A stretch of 64,000 nucleotides of DNA from Halocafeteria seosinensis (lineage: Eukaryota), in assembly GCA_001687465.1 (NCBI GenBank), contig LVLI01000141.1:124001-188000 (forward strand), given 5' to 3'. Under the pieces are notes generated by a model. It was given only the letters and a program-made list of their open reading frames with translations, was not told the origin of the DNA and made no database searches. Numbering within the stretch: the first letter of the stretch is position 1; each line of letters starts with the position of its first letter. Positions 26,601-38,593 of the stretch are shown piece after piece. The position numbers were made by a program, and so were the translations under genes.

Positions 26601-29600
26601 ATGTAAGCTTCATGGGATCCCTCAGGCAAGCGTTGCAGAATCTGGAACAGAATGTTAAGACGTTCAGGGCTCTCTGATAGACGTGAGAGGAATTCCTTGA
26701 ACTGCTGTTGAGAATCCCTCAAAACCAACACTGAAGAGGCGCACGCAACAATACCTTCTGTGGTGCAAAGGTCCTCCAAGAGTGCAAAGGTGGCTTCAGC
26801 AATACTAATAGAAGTCTCCTCCACAGTGGCCTGCATCTGCAAGTTAGCTACGTTTTTCTGCATCACGTCTTCTAGAAGTGCAAAGCCACCATCGTCATTT
26901 AGAGTAATTATAGCCTCGGCAGAGTTTGAGAGTGCCGGGAGACACTTAAGAGTTGCGAAACAGACCTTGTTCGAGGACATTTGTAAACTCAGGGTGTCAA
27001 GGACAAATTGTATGGCCTCTGAAGTTCGAACAGCAGGTATCATTCTCGCAACTACACCAATACTGTTTATACCAGAGGCCAACACATCAACTAGATCAAA
27101 ACCTGTGTCGCGAAAAACTCCGGCACTTTCAGCCAGGATTCCAACGGCTTTGGATAAAGACTTTAAAATGCTCTCTGCCGTATCCTCGGTGACGACTCCA
27201 TCAAGAAGCATAAACTTTGATAGATTCTCTAAAGCCCCACCTAAACGCCTCACATCCTCCTCGCGGATTGACTTCGAAGCCTCTAGTTCAGCGGAAATTT
27301 TATTGACGTCTCTCACTGCCATAGTTCCCATTTCCGAATCCATTTTTAGATTCTTCAGAGCTAGCACTGCTGACTGCAGAAATTCTTGATTCGAACCGTG
27401 AGCGTCCATTCCCGCAAACACTACCGCTGCCGCTTGCATTTGAACTAGCGCTTCACGAACTTCTTCCTCAGATGCCATGCTACCGATTAGACTGATTGTC
27501 GGTTTGATCGCCTCTAAATGATGGATAAGAGAGTCCGAGTTAGCTCCACGGCATACCCGTAACAATTTCTTCAAAAGCCCCGAGTCCAACGCAGTCTTCG
27601 ACGTGAATTGAATATCCCCCTTGGTAGCTTCATACAAACACGTGACGATCCCTCCGAACACTTTAGGGTTCGGTTCCTTCCCGTCAGCACAAAACCGTGT
27701 TAGTATCGTCTTAATAACTTCAATACTGTCCGGAGTAAGGATCTCTGCGTAGCACATCTCGGCAACTCCGGACAAAGAATCCAATGCCTGTGCCATCAGT
27801 TCGGATGTTGCTTCTTCGGAATGATTATCAATGTACTTTAAAATGTTAGTCACGGCTGTAGTTCCGGAAATAATGTTCCTGGGTTCCTCCCCTCTGCTAA
27901 AAGAGTGAATAGTTCCAAAATATGCTTCAGCTACTTTAGGGTTCCGCATTTGAGTGTTAGCAACACGGGTAATAGACTCTACGACGGCTGGATTTTTTAG
28001 CATCTTAACCGCGAATTCTTCTCCCTGACTGGCAATACCTTGGTAACACTTAAGTGCTTCCGGGACCGCGATGCCAGAGTTGGATGCTGTTATGATCGAG
28101 GGAACGAACTGATCAGGATCCACTTTTCCTCGCGATACTCTTGCGATTTCGGATGTAGCCTTGAATGTTTTTTCCAAAATTGAGGACTGCTGCCCTTCAA
28201 CTTTACAGTCATTTATGGCATAGTCCATCAGTTTTCCCAGCTTTGCCTGCCCGTCGTCACTAACTATGGCATTGCAGAGAGATCCAACGGATGACATATG
28301 GCCAATCCGGGCCACTGCTCTTTCAATTGCGTCCACGCCTTCTTTGCTCTTCGACAAACTGTTCAATTTGGGGAGTATATCATCCAATTCCTGCATCCCT
28401 CGAGTGACATCTGCAGAAGTTAACAGCTTTGCCAAAATCTCAGTAGCCACTTTTGAGGCCGAGGACGTTGACTCCAACACAGCAGCAGCATCCAAGACAG
28501 CATCTACCGCTCCTTGTTTAGTGAGAAGATCTACTCCTGCTTGATTCCCAGACACCTGCATCAGACAAGTAAGCATCATTTCTATCGAAGGTCGTAATTC
28601 GGAACTGGTTATGTGATGCTTCAGAGAAAGAATAATCTGGCGGGTGGCACCGTGTTCCACAAGTACCTCTCCTCCACCGGGAGACGAGGCAATTGTTACC
28701 AACGCTTCCATCACGGTGGAGACAATGTGGGGATTGTCAGGGTGGGACCGTAATGCTGTAATACAGGCCTCGACCCCACCTTCATTCACTATTAACTCCA
28801 CCCCATTTTCGGAGGTCGCTACATGTCGAATGACCGACGCCATCGGCAAAGCAAACGTTCCCAGTTTGGAATGAAGTTTCAGACTCTCCACTAAAGTTGA
28901 CACTGTTGATGGTTCCAGCAACGTTGATACCGAGTCTTCCGCACCTTTTGTGCAAGATATACCCTCCATGAGCTGGGCACATGAGGACAACACCTCCGAG
29001 CGAAAGGGTAGTGCTCTCAACTTGGAAATACTTGATATAGTGTCAAGAATTGTCGGGATGATAGGTGTTTCTTGAATCAGTTTCCGGGAGTTCTCAGGGA
29101 GGACAGCAAAGCCTCCCAGTTCATTGGCTAGGTTGGTGAAACCTTGAGCAGATCGTTCAGAAGGATTGACTAGGAAAGTTTCGTGACAAGCCTTAAGCTT
29201 TTCTACAGTTCCATCGAGGCTATCAGCCTTTGTGATAGTCTCAAGTAGCTCTTTGGTCTCCGATTTTAAAGCCGAATTCTGTCGATGTACGTGAACTGCC
29301 TGCATCGCTAAATCTATCCCGCCAGAGCTCTTCAGCAACAGAAAGTTGTCCTCCACCATACACAGAGAAGTGAGCAAAAAGAATGAAGCTTTCAGCAGAG
29401 GGACGGATGTGCTTTGCTTCATGTTGTTGAGACATACATCCATACCATCGTGTTCGACGATGGTGTTCACAATGTCACCAGATTCGGAGGCGTATATCAG
29501 TAGCCGCATTGCAGCTAGCTGCAGATCCTCGTTCTTCGGATTATCCTTGACTAACTTGAAAACCGTTGACAAAAATTTCTTATTAGATAACGTATCGAAG

Positions 29601-30949
29601 TGACCGCTTCCTGACAGAATTATGTCATCTAGTATCTTGAGAGTGTGCACGCAAGCTTCGACATTATTTGGGTAGTCTAGAAGATTTTGCAAAAGGACAT
29701 CGAAATTTTCCTGAGCCGACAGACGGCCCACATATTGGTCTTGATCGGATATGGAAGCAAGAGTGGATATAATGGCGGTAGATGCCTCTGGATGACCCTT
29801 CTGACGCACAAGCCCCGCAATAAGGTCTGATATTCCTCCACTCTCAACAAGTTTCTGGATATTCTCCGGGCTAGACTGGGCAATCCTTTTCAGGGCATTT
29901 GAGGAACCTAAGTGGAGCAACATAAATCAACGATAAAAATACTTTAGCTTCAACATAAAAGAGCCGATATTTTAGCACTTACTAATTATTGACCCTTGGT
30001 TATTAGAGGAAAAGACACCGACCAATGCTGAGACTCCGCCCGCATCGCAAATTTTTTCAGCGTTATCCTCTTCTACAGCAAGATTTGCCAGTAGGTTAGA
30101 TAGGTTTTCTTTCCTTTTGATATCGTCAGAGTTTGCCATCTCATCAATTATTCCCTTAAAATTCCCTCTGGCTAGTTTCGAAAGCAAGCGTCCTCCAACT
30201 TGGTTTACGACTGCATTGTTACTGTATGGAATCAAAGATATACTGATCTGATCCAGTCCTTGGCAGTCCTCTCGGATGTATTCAGCCATATTTTCCTCTC
30301 GACACATCCTGTCTAACATTCTTAAGGCAGGCTCAATAACGCTAGTATCCTGGCCCGTACGCTTAAGATTGGATAAGAGCTGTGGGATTACCCCGTAACT
30401 TCTGATTTGCTCTCCTCCCCCTGGAAGCTTATTCATCTGTTCTAGAGTTCTCAGGACGGGAGCGACAGCTTCATTTTCTATTTTGCCATTGCTTCCAATC
30501 TTATCCAGGTATTTTGAGCAAAATTCTACCACATTGACCGACATGAGGGCTTCTGGGTTCTTAGTAGCAACGTTCTCCACAAGACCTAAAGTATCCTTAC
30601 ATGAGTCCGATTCAGGATTCGTTACGATAGAATCGAACATCGACATCAGACATCCACTCTTCACGACGTCGGCTGCATACTCAGAATTCTGTGACATCGA
30701 TGTCAAACACTGTGATGCCGACGCTAATACTGTATCATCGCCCTTGTGTTTCTGGACGACGCCACTGATAGCGTCCAGTGCCCCTGCTTCGTAGGCCTCC
30801 TTCATATTTTGTTCCCATCCAACGTGAGGAGGAGTTATAACTTTGGCCAAACATTGCACCGAATAGCTGGCTAGCTGTTTGAACCCCTTCTTAGACTTGA
30901 TGGATTCAATCAAGGAATGCACCTTGTTTTGCTTGGCAGAATCCCCCAT
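23621..30949 (-). CDS. Giant armadillo-repeat protein with C-terminal PH domain (~2,417 aa), glideosome-associated connector (GAC)-like
   Basis: ORFs 29972-30949 and 23621-29923 join in phase through a 75-nt GT-AG intron (29982-29908). Many ARM-type repeats (GGIxAIL...). Basic C-terminal PH-like domain (LRAGSVMKVW...CCFIVET...AKKWVKAL). Confidence 0.8.
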
Positions 30950-31763
30950 GTTTCTCTCCGACGAACCTTGGCTACAAGGACAAAACGGGACACAAAGTGG
31001 AGCAACAATGACGGAGAACCGTCCCTATCTTCCCCACGAACAGTGGTACGCTAATACAATCAAGAAAGGGAACTGGGCAACTGCATCCGCCCGACAGAGC
31101 TGAACAATGCCTCCCAATGGCAGAAATGACCTTAGCCGGTGTAACGGATTAGACGATTCCGCACCACGAGTTCAAGTGTTGAATTTCAACAAGAAGATGT
31201 GCAACACGATCTGGTACAGACGTGGCCTACATCCAGTGAAAGAAAATGAAAACCGCAATTGAGAAACTAACCGTGTTTGCTCCGACCCTGTTAAATTCTT
31301 ATGACCGTACATATTACAGTATTAGGGTCTGTGAACTTCAGAGTGGAGTCTCACAAAGAACTACCACGACCCTCAGTTGGGGAGCGTTTCCACTCAGGGA
31401 GAGTCTATCATAGGAATAAGTATGCATTAATCCTTTACGGAACTACACCGCTTGATATGTTCGTCGATGATACATATGTATGCAGAGGCATGGCATCGAA
31501 TCATGGGGCGCCGTCGTTTGGAGTTCTTTTGAACAGTATTCCACTCAATATCTCTACAGGGAGACAAGCACTGGTTATTCCTTGAATTGGGCTGGTATGA
31601 GTAGGATGCATATGAAACGCCTCACGCACCGCACACACATACACTGTGGATTCCAGTTCGCCACACAATTCCATAGCCCCGACAGGAATGCAGTTGAGCA
31701 TCTGTAACTACGCTTTCCAGAGCATTGACAGCGATGTATTCATAGCAGCTTGCCCCAGTCGTC

Positions 31764-32172
31764 TTAGCGGCGTTCATACATCCAAGCGGTAGCCCGTAGA
31801 GACGGTAGTAGATCGCGCATCTCGTCCATTACATTCTTCAACGAGTCTGAGCTAGCATAGAAAGGAGCTCAAACAGTGGAAGGCTAATCAGAAAAATATT
31901 GGTAATAGAAGATCATACCATCGGTAGCTTTGCGTGCTTGACCATCTTTCGAGTAGACACTCGTTGCTGTTTGGTGCCACTGCTGGACACTTTCCTCAGA
32001 AATCCCCTTGGCAACATGCGCTGCATTCCACGAACACACAACATACGCACAGTTAGATATCGTGTCATCATACCGATATGGATAGATAAGTCATGGTACT
32101 TCCTGCGTCATTCACTATGCTGAACGTACTTCGATGTTTCGGGCGAATGTAGTCATCCAACAGAGGATTCAT
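31764..32172 (-). CDS. Predicted 75-aa three-exon microprotein (possibly APC16/SAMBA-like), absent from the ORF track
   Basis: Exons 32172-32130, 32020-31919 and 31846-31764 with GTACGT...CAG and GTATGA...CAG introns, phases consistent, 228 nt in total: MNPLLDDYIRPKHRTHVAKGISEESVQQWHQTATSVYSKDGQARKATDDSLKNVMDEMRDLLPSLRATAWMYERR*. Confidence 0.65.
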
Positions 32173-32537
32173 TTTCCATTGTTTATCCACAACAACACGG
32201 GCGTAATGAATAGGAGAAGCGCGTAGCAATTACGAGAGAACAAATAAAATCAACATCATTAAGCTACGCTGTGCCACCTAAGTCCACTGTCCGGTTTAGG
32301 ATTTGGTTGAAGTCTGCTAAGGCCTAAACGGCACTTGCCGTAGACTTCCCTGCAACTGTAGTAATGGATGGGGTTGACATTCAAGCGCTGATTCGGGAGC
32401 ATTTTGTGGATTCATTCCTCTTGTATTACCTCGCTGAATAGGTGTACTAAAGCATTTGTGGTGCTGTAGCACCACCATGTCCGTGGTGTGAGCTCTGGGA
32501 CCCAGACGAAGTTGAACGAAGAGCATTCCGGGTAATT

Positions 32538-35500
32538 ATGGAGGAATCCACTGGTTTTCCTGAACTCCCAGTGGACTCTGAGGACTATAGAAAGTTATGC
32601 ACTCATTCAGAGGAGACGACTAAGCCGGTATGGAAAGCGCTTGGGATAGACAAAGGAAATGTCGAGGAACTGACCTCCTGTCTTTGGCGTCTACTGGAAT
32701 TAGAACAAAGCCCTCAACTGAAGGAATGGATGCAAGATCAAAGCCGAAGAAGAGTCTCGGGGCAGTCCCCCACCTTACAGATGCATTCACCAGCGAGTCA
32801 CGGCAGCAGCTTTATGCACCCCATTTCGACTGCTATCGCGTCATTCGCGCTGGACAACGTCTCGCTAGACTGTGCGTCTCAACTTTGTGACAAGACAGTG
32901 TGCAATCAACCCGAAATTCGCCGTGCCGCAGCTAGTCTGATATTTGTATGGCTGGACAAGGATCTCAAATCCCATGAGGCCACGCGAAACGCGGAGAAAC
33001 TTTTCGATAATAATGACGAGGAAGAAGGCTCAGGTTTTCGTGGCTTGTCCTTCACGACGTTCACCCGGTGGCTCACCCAATCTTTGACCGATGTTTGGTC
33101 TGAGATACGGAAGGAAACGGCCAAAAAATGGTCATTGCTCGCTCAAAGCTTTTCTCCGAATACTTGTAGAGAACTCACGACCACTTGGGCTCAAACTATC
33201 GTCGAAGCGACGGGGGTAGAGGACACGAAACCCACCAGTGACGATATAGGCCACCAGAATATCCACAGCCATTGTGCACAATCAGAGAAGGATTGGAAGT
33301 CCATTGACGGACTGTTAAGAGGGGTTCACTCGACGGTATCGGCTCATATGCACGGATACACCCGAGAAAAACACGCAGAATGCTCTGAGGACCTCCATGT
33401 AGTAATCCGTGCTGCCCAACATTGCATAGGGCATTCCCAGCACAGTGTGCGCTCGACGGCTACACTGTTGCTCGATAAGTGTGCAAAGGTTAGCGGGAGC
33501 ACATTAGCCGGACCGATTTGTGAAGCAGCCATACGAAAACTTGTACCCAAATACTCAGCAAGCGGTCTGGACATTCCGATATGCCTCAACCAAGGGATGT
33601 GGGTGCGAAATGATGCCCTGGCTGAAGGGTGTCTCGGCTTACTGGCGTACATCATCCACCATTTAGATGTTGCAGATGTTCCTATAGAGAAGAGAAAGGA
33701 GAATTTCTTCGACTCTATTTTCGGATATATCGAGGAGCTTGGAGAAACCGCTGGGAGGCTATCCCACCACAAACTTTATCAGGGAGCCGTTGCATTGAGT
33801 GCTTTGTACCTATGCCACCATGCTTCCAGCGTAAGGCAAGCTGCCAGCAACATGATATTGCAAGCCTCCTTAGGTTGCTCGCGGGATCAGATGAAGAAAT
33901 CCATACCACGGTTATTAAATGTGCTGTATGTTTTGAAGGGACTCTGGGATGACTTGATATCCTCGTCGGATGCTGCCAGTCACTGGCAGGCCTTAGAAGG
34001 TCTGATGATGTCATATGAGTTGATCTTAACGTGTCTTATAGAGGATTTTAGGGAAGCGTTCCGGCCCTTTAGTAGCCTACACTGTGAGGAGACTTCTGCC
34101 TTAGATGAGGTGGTTCAGCCTTTAGTATCTGAAACTTTCTTTGTGACAGATTCTTCTCTTCATGATTCAATTGCGAAGTCACTCACGCCAACAGCTACCG
34201 TACGTGCCAGTCATGAGCCTCTTCTTCTTCAGATGCAGACTCACCATCGAGAGGAGTGTAACGCTATATTTGAACGGTACTTTCGCCATGTTTCCCCTTT
34301 GATTACTTCGGGAATATTTGAACTTCGTCGAATGGCGGAACAACTGCTGCCCGTTCTTACAGAACTACTCCTGTGGTGGGAAGATGGTATGGATATATTG
34401 CTAACTCTATGGGTCGAAAATATTGCTTCGGGTAGAATTGATGCGGAATGGAAGTTTGTTACTTGTTCCAGGACGATGCAGCTACTAGTAGACCGATCGA
34501 TTACATTGGAGAAGAACTTAGGTATGAAAATTGATGTTTCCGTCTTCGGCACTAATGTGGAAATTAGTTGGAACTCCCCGGAGGAATCTACTGCTAGATC
34601 CATGGTTTGGTTTGCGGTTGTGCGGCTTGTCGGTGCTCTTCGGGAAGCCGTTCATCGTGAAATCCCCTACCTGCTGCTGTTCCAATCACTCTCGGACCGT
34701 ACATTTCTTTTAGCTGTGGACAACGTGTTCGATTTGGTTAACAACAACTACGTTGGGAACAGGGATCTTCCTCAGCGTCATGGCAAACTATGGGCCCATG
34801 ATTTGTTGAAGCCAAAGGAGAACTCTTGTATCAAAGGAAATATACGCAGCATTGTGTTCTTTACGGCCAAGTGTTTGACTGAAGCTTGGCATGAAGTTCA
34901 AAACTCTATAACAAGTGGAGAAGTATCATTGCCTCAGAAGCAAAGAGAAAATCCAGCAACACTGTCGAAGTGCGTCAGTCATGCTCTTTCCGTAGTCTCG
35001 AGTGAATATGAGAGAGGCGGGGGCTTGAAATGTGCCCATGGAAATCCTACAGTCAATGATGATGGTGTTCACCAGAGGCATTTTGGTGTGACTATGCGAT
35101 CGAACTTGATTAGTTTCATGGAAGAAGCGCATTTGCGTTCATCTCTGACTAGTGCTGAGCTTGCGATGTTTCTTCCCCTTCTCTGTGGTCTAATGGAAGT
35201 AAAGATTCAGGTTCCCGAGATGATCCATCTGCTACAAGTCTTTCATTCAGTTTCACAAGATTTATTTGTGAATGAGGATCTATCGTTGTTGATCAACCAC
35301 GGAAGTTGCCATGATGTCGCTTCTGTTTTCAGTTCGAGTGGATTTAAGCTTGACTCGTCTATTGCAGAGCAATGCGCTGATACGGTGTTAACATCTACGC
35401 GAACTGCAATTAACGCGGACGTACTCATTGAATCGTCAAAAGAGACACGGATACAGATACTCAGTCTTCTTTCTCGGATTATCGATACGCTTTTTTCGTG

Positions 35501-36215
35501 TTCGGGGGTGCGCGTAAAGAGATTGGTGCGATTCGTATGCGAAATTTTTGAACAGGCGTTCGAACCTCTTTCTTGTATGATCGAAAAATTGAATGAGGGT
35601 TTCAAGCCGGAAGATGCTAACGCTCTCCGAACACCTCCGAAAAATACCGAGCGACTGCAGTTGTCCGGCAAGACCATATCATTTCCGCTTCGAATGCCGG
35701 CAAAGGCGTCCTCCTCGAGGGAATTGTTTCATAATTCGGATGGACTTACAAAGAAGTCACTGCACAAGTGTCATTCCTTTGAAACTAGCTCCTGGAAAGG
35801 TCCTCGTCTATCTGAAATATCCTCGCGGGTTAGTCCAGAAATCCGGCGAGCTCTATTTGAGGAAGCATTTGGCAGTCACAAGGAAGAGGCGGATAAGCAT
35901 AGTGAGAGTCACGGTGTGAAGGGAACGTTGTTCACGACTCCTGAGGTGGTGAACGGTGAAGAATGTCCGTCTCCAGCTGAAGATGACTGGAGTGATTGGG
36001 ATTCTGCCTCTAGCGACTGGGATGAAGGCGAGGAACAGTGGAACCCCCTCACTCCAACCCAGAATGAGAAACGGGAGCTCAAGCACATAGCGGATATTCT
36101 AGACAAGTGGAGACATTACATCCAAAATAAAGAGACCAAATATAAGGAAAACGGTTCATTAAGTTTAGGAGACACGCCTATTCTAGAGAAACTCATTTCT
36201 ACTGTCGCCGGATGA
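32538..36215 (+). CDS. Uncharacterised HEAT/ARM-like helical-repeat protein (1,225 aa)
   Basis: Intron-less ORF with HEAT-like motifs WSEIRKETA, HSVRSTA, SSVRQAAS, FELRRMA and an acidic Trp-containing tail DDWSDWD. Confidence 0.7.
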   Translation: MEESTGFPELPVDSEDYRKLCTHSEETTKPVWKALGIDKGNVEELTSCLWRLLELEQSPQLKEWMQDQSRRRVSGQSPTLQMHSPASHGSSFMHPISTAIASFALDNVSLDCASQLCDKTVCNQPEIRRAAASLIFVWLDKDLKSHEATRNAEKLFDNNDEEEGSGFRGLSFTTFTRWLTQSLTDVWSEIRKETAKKWSLLAQSFSPNTCRELTTTWAQTIVEATGVEDTKPTSDDIGHQNIHSHCAQSEKDWKSIDGLLRGVHSTVSAHMHGYTREKHAECSEDLHVVIRAAQHCIGHSQHSVRSTATLLLDKCAKVSGSTLAGPICEAAIRKLVPKYSASGLDIPICLNQGMWVRNDALAEGCLGLLAYIIHHLDVADVPIEKRKENFFDSIFGYIEELGETAGRLSHHKLYQGAVALSALYLCHHASSVRQAASNMILQASLGCSRDQMKKSIPRLLNVLYVLKGLWDDLISSSDAASHWQALEGLMMSYELILTCLIEDFREAFRPFSSLHCEETSALDEVVQPLVSETFFVTDSSLHDSIAKSLTPTATVRASHEPLLLQMQTHHREECNAIFERYFRHVSPLITSGIFELRRMAEQLLPVLTELLLWWEDGMDILLTLWVENIASGRIDAEWKFVTCSRTMQLLVDRSITLEKNLGMKIDVSVFGTNVEISWNSPEESTARSMVWFAVVRLVGALREAVHREIPYLLLFQSLSDRTFLLAVDNVFDLVNNNYVGNRDLPQRHGKLWAHDLLKPKENSCIKGNIRSIVFFTAKCLTEAWHEVQNSITSGEVSLPQKQRENPATLSKCVSHALSVVSSEYERGGGLKCAHGNPTVNDDGVHQRHFGVTMRSNLISFMEEAHLRSSLTSAELAMFLPLLCGLMEVKIQVPEMIHLLQVFHSVSQDLFVNEDLSLLINHGSCHDVASVFSSSGFKLDSSIAEQCADTVLTSTRTAINADVLIESSKETRIQILSLLSRIIDTLFSCSGVRVKRLVRFVCEIFEQAFEPLSCMIEKLNEGFKPEDANALRTPPKNTERLQLSGKTISFPLRMPAKASSSRELFHNSDGLTKKSLHKCHSFETSSWKGPRLSEISSRVSPEIRRALFEEAFGSHKEEADKHSESHGVKGTLFTTPEVVNGEECPSPAEDDWSDWDSASSDWDEGEEQWNPLTPTQNEKRELKHIADILDKWRHYIQNKETKYKENGSLSLGDTPILEKLISTVAG

Positions 36216-36223
36216 TCTCGCTG

Positions 36224-38195
36224 CTACATACTCCTCTGTAATTCCAGTACTAATTCTTCTTTTTGATCTCTCGTGAGTTGCATCGAACGTTTCAACAGGT
36301 ACTGCAGGGTTGCTTGCGCAACAGGTTCTACTTGGTCGCTTAATTTCAGCAAGTGCCAGCAATATATGTACGCAAAGGAACCCATCACTATCTGACAATC
36401 CATTCTATCGGTGAATCCTCCGTGGCCTGGAATGCTCTCACCGAAATCCTTGATTTTGAATGCGCGCTTGAAGCCGCTAGCGAAAAAACCACCGAAAGGA
36501 GCTACAAGGGATGCAAATACGGCCATCACAATACTGTGCAATTGCATTTCCGATATCTCCCAATGCGCAATAATGCGTGGGATCAGTATGCCGAACCACC
36601 ACTCCTGGAGTGGGTAGTACACATGTATGCCACCGTGGACATTGTTAGTATCACACGACACATCATCAAATGGGTTGAAACCTGTCTTCGGACATAGCAT
36701 TAGCTCATTGGTATGCCATGTGGTTGATGTCTCCAATACTCGTGTGAACTGTAACATCATGACATTAAGAAGGCGTGAAAAGTAATGCGAGGGGGCGGTT
36801 GCAAGAACGGTCAAGACTTACAGCAAAAGCCCAGACGATTGTGGTGATGAACGCGCCGATGAACCCTTCCCATGTTTTTTTCGGAGACAGTCGAATTAAC
36901 GGCTGCAAACATGTACAATAAGTTGCTATCCCTTTGAGTTAGTGAATGTACTCGTTCGTCAACGTACCGTTCTTCCCAATAATCTACCGAAGACATATGC
37001 GAATATATCATTGCATATGACCAATGAAGCAGGAAGAACCATCCAAATCATTCCTTGAAAAACATTGACAGCAAGGAAAGTGCTTTGCCAGACCACCATG
37101 AACAGTGCCATATGGCAGTACGCAAACTGGGAAAACTGGTACCGATACAGTTTTTTCTTCCTAAGCGACACCACGAACCCGACAAATCCAAGAGTATAGA
37201 GCGCAAATGACACCGGTACATAATTCTTCACCACCCAAGACAGTGTGTGGCTTATGGCTGCCAGGTCGTGCATCTGTTCTCAAATTGGAAAGTAAAAAAT
37301 TGCTTGTATACCGATATGAAGCTGTTGTCTTACCTGAAAATGCGGCATTAAAGTCCGGCAATAGATAAAGAAGACGAATACGACGAACCAGTAATAATAG
37401 AAAAAATTAAAACCCGGGAGTTGTCTGCGACAATTTACACCTTGTACTGACCTAAAAGCCGTCATACATAAAGTAAACGACATGCTTACTTCTCCTTGTT
37501 ATACTTAATGGCCAAGAGGACGAGTTCTCTATAAATATTTGCCTGCAAGGCCAACCATGGTACGCAGTCTTTATACGGCTGAAGAAAGGTAGGGAAAATT
37601 GTCAACGATACGTACCTGAACCAAGAGCACTAGCAAAATGATTCCCAGCTGCTTTAGCTTGTACACCAGCAGGAACCATGCTCCAATCATCGCCCACGTG
37701 GTCCAAAAGCGTCTCCACCAGTTTGTTTGTGGCTTCTGTATTTCAAACAATCAAGCGATCCAGATTAGAACAGAAACAATGTACTAATGTTCCTTTGGTC
37801 GTAGGCATGCTTACAGTTCCTGCTTCCGAAGCCGTATCTGCGCCTGTGGCGGCAGTCGTGTTGTCATTCTGGGGATTAGCGCTGGTACCTTGATCGCCTT
37901 GTCCAGCTGGCCCCCCATGGTGCCTCGCCACAGCCGAATCGGCTGGGGTAGACTTGGTCGACCCTTCATCCGACGTGGCAGTGTCCGTATCGGTGGTATC
38001 GTCCACGGAGGCAGCGGTGTCTTTTCGCTTGTTGCCTCCTAACCGACGCCGTCGCCTTTTCGGTCGTGTTTCTCGAGCATCCTCCTTATCCGAAGCAGAA
38101 GCAGCACGAGCGGTTTCCTCTTCCATGATTCCTTCATCTTCGGCAGGTTCTTCCTGATTTTGGCGGCGCCGTCGATGGCGCGTTTTAGGGGGCAT
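36224..38195 (-). CDS. CDS1: Phosphatidate cytidylyltransferase (CDP-diacylglycerol synthase), multi-exon
   Basis: Signature [36 protein letters not shown], plus [22 protein letters not shown] and several TM segments. Confidence 0.95.
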
Positions 38196-38593
38196 ATTGT
38201 TTGTCCTTGTCCTTGTATCGCGGTTTTCACTTCCACAAAACAAGCGAACAGAGAGTGCTTGAACCCAGGAACAATCCACCCCAGGAAAATGTCCTACCAC
38301 TGTCCACAATGTACCAGTGGGACTACCCAGTCACTAGCGTGTGTGAGTGTGTATGCGCATACACATAACGTCGTATGATAACGAGGAAGGACGGCAATCT
38401 TTTCTTTCATTTCACTGGAAGCAGAGTAAGGCTTTTTTTGATTGATCACGCTTCGTTATATTATACCAGCAAAAACACCAAAGATCAAGGTATACTAGAT
38501 TAAAGGGTGATCTCGACAGAGAAGCTTATTTTTTTTTACCAGGAGAGGCTTTGAAGTGGACATGTGGCACGTTGCATCTGAGCAGCACTGAGG

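Noticed and set aside
26760..27389. 209-aa antisense ORF inside the GAC-like gene, and many similar shadow ORFs
   Set aside because: These are antisense frames of long coding regions, with Ser/Ile/Phe-biased translations and no recognisable motifs.
30950..31763. About 800 bp of unexplained sequence upstream of the GAC-like gene with several short ORFs
   Set aside because: No coherent spliced frame or RNA motif found; probably UTR and promoter.
32291..32331. Inverted repeat CCGGTTTAGG...CCTAAACGG
   Set aside because: Short imperfect stem with a long loop, no flanking duplication and no second copy; compatible with chance.
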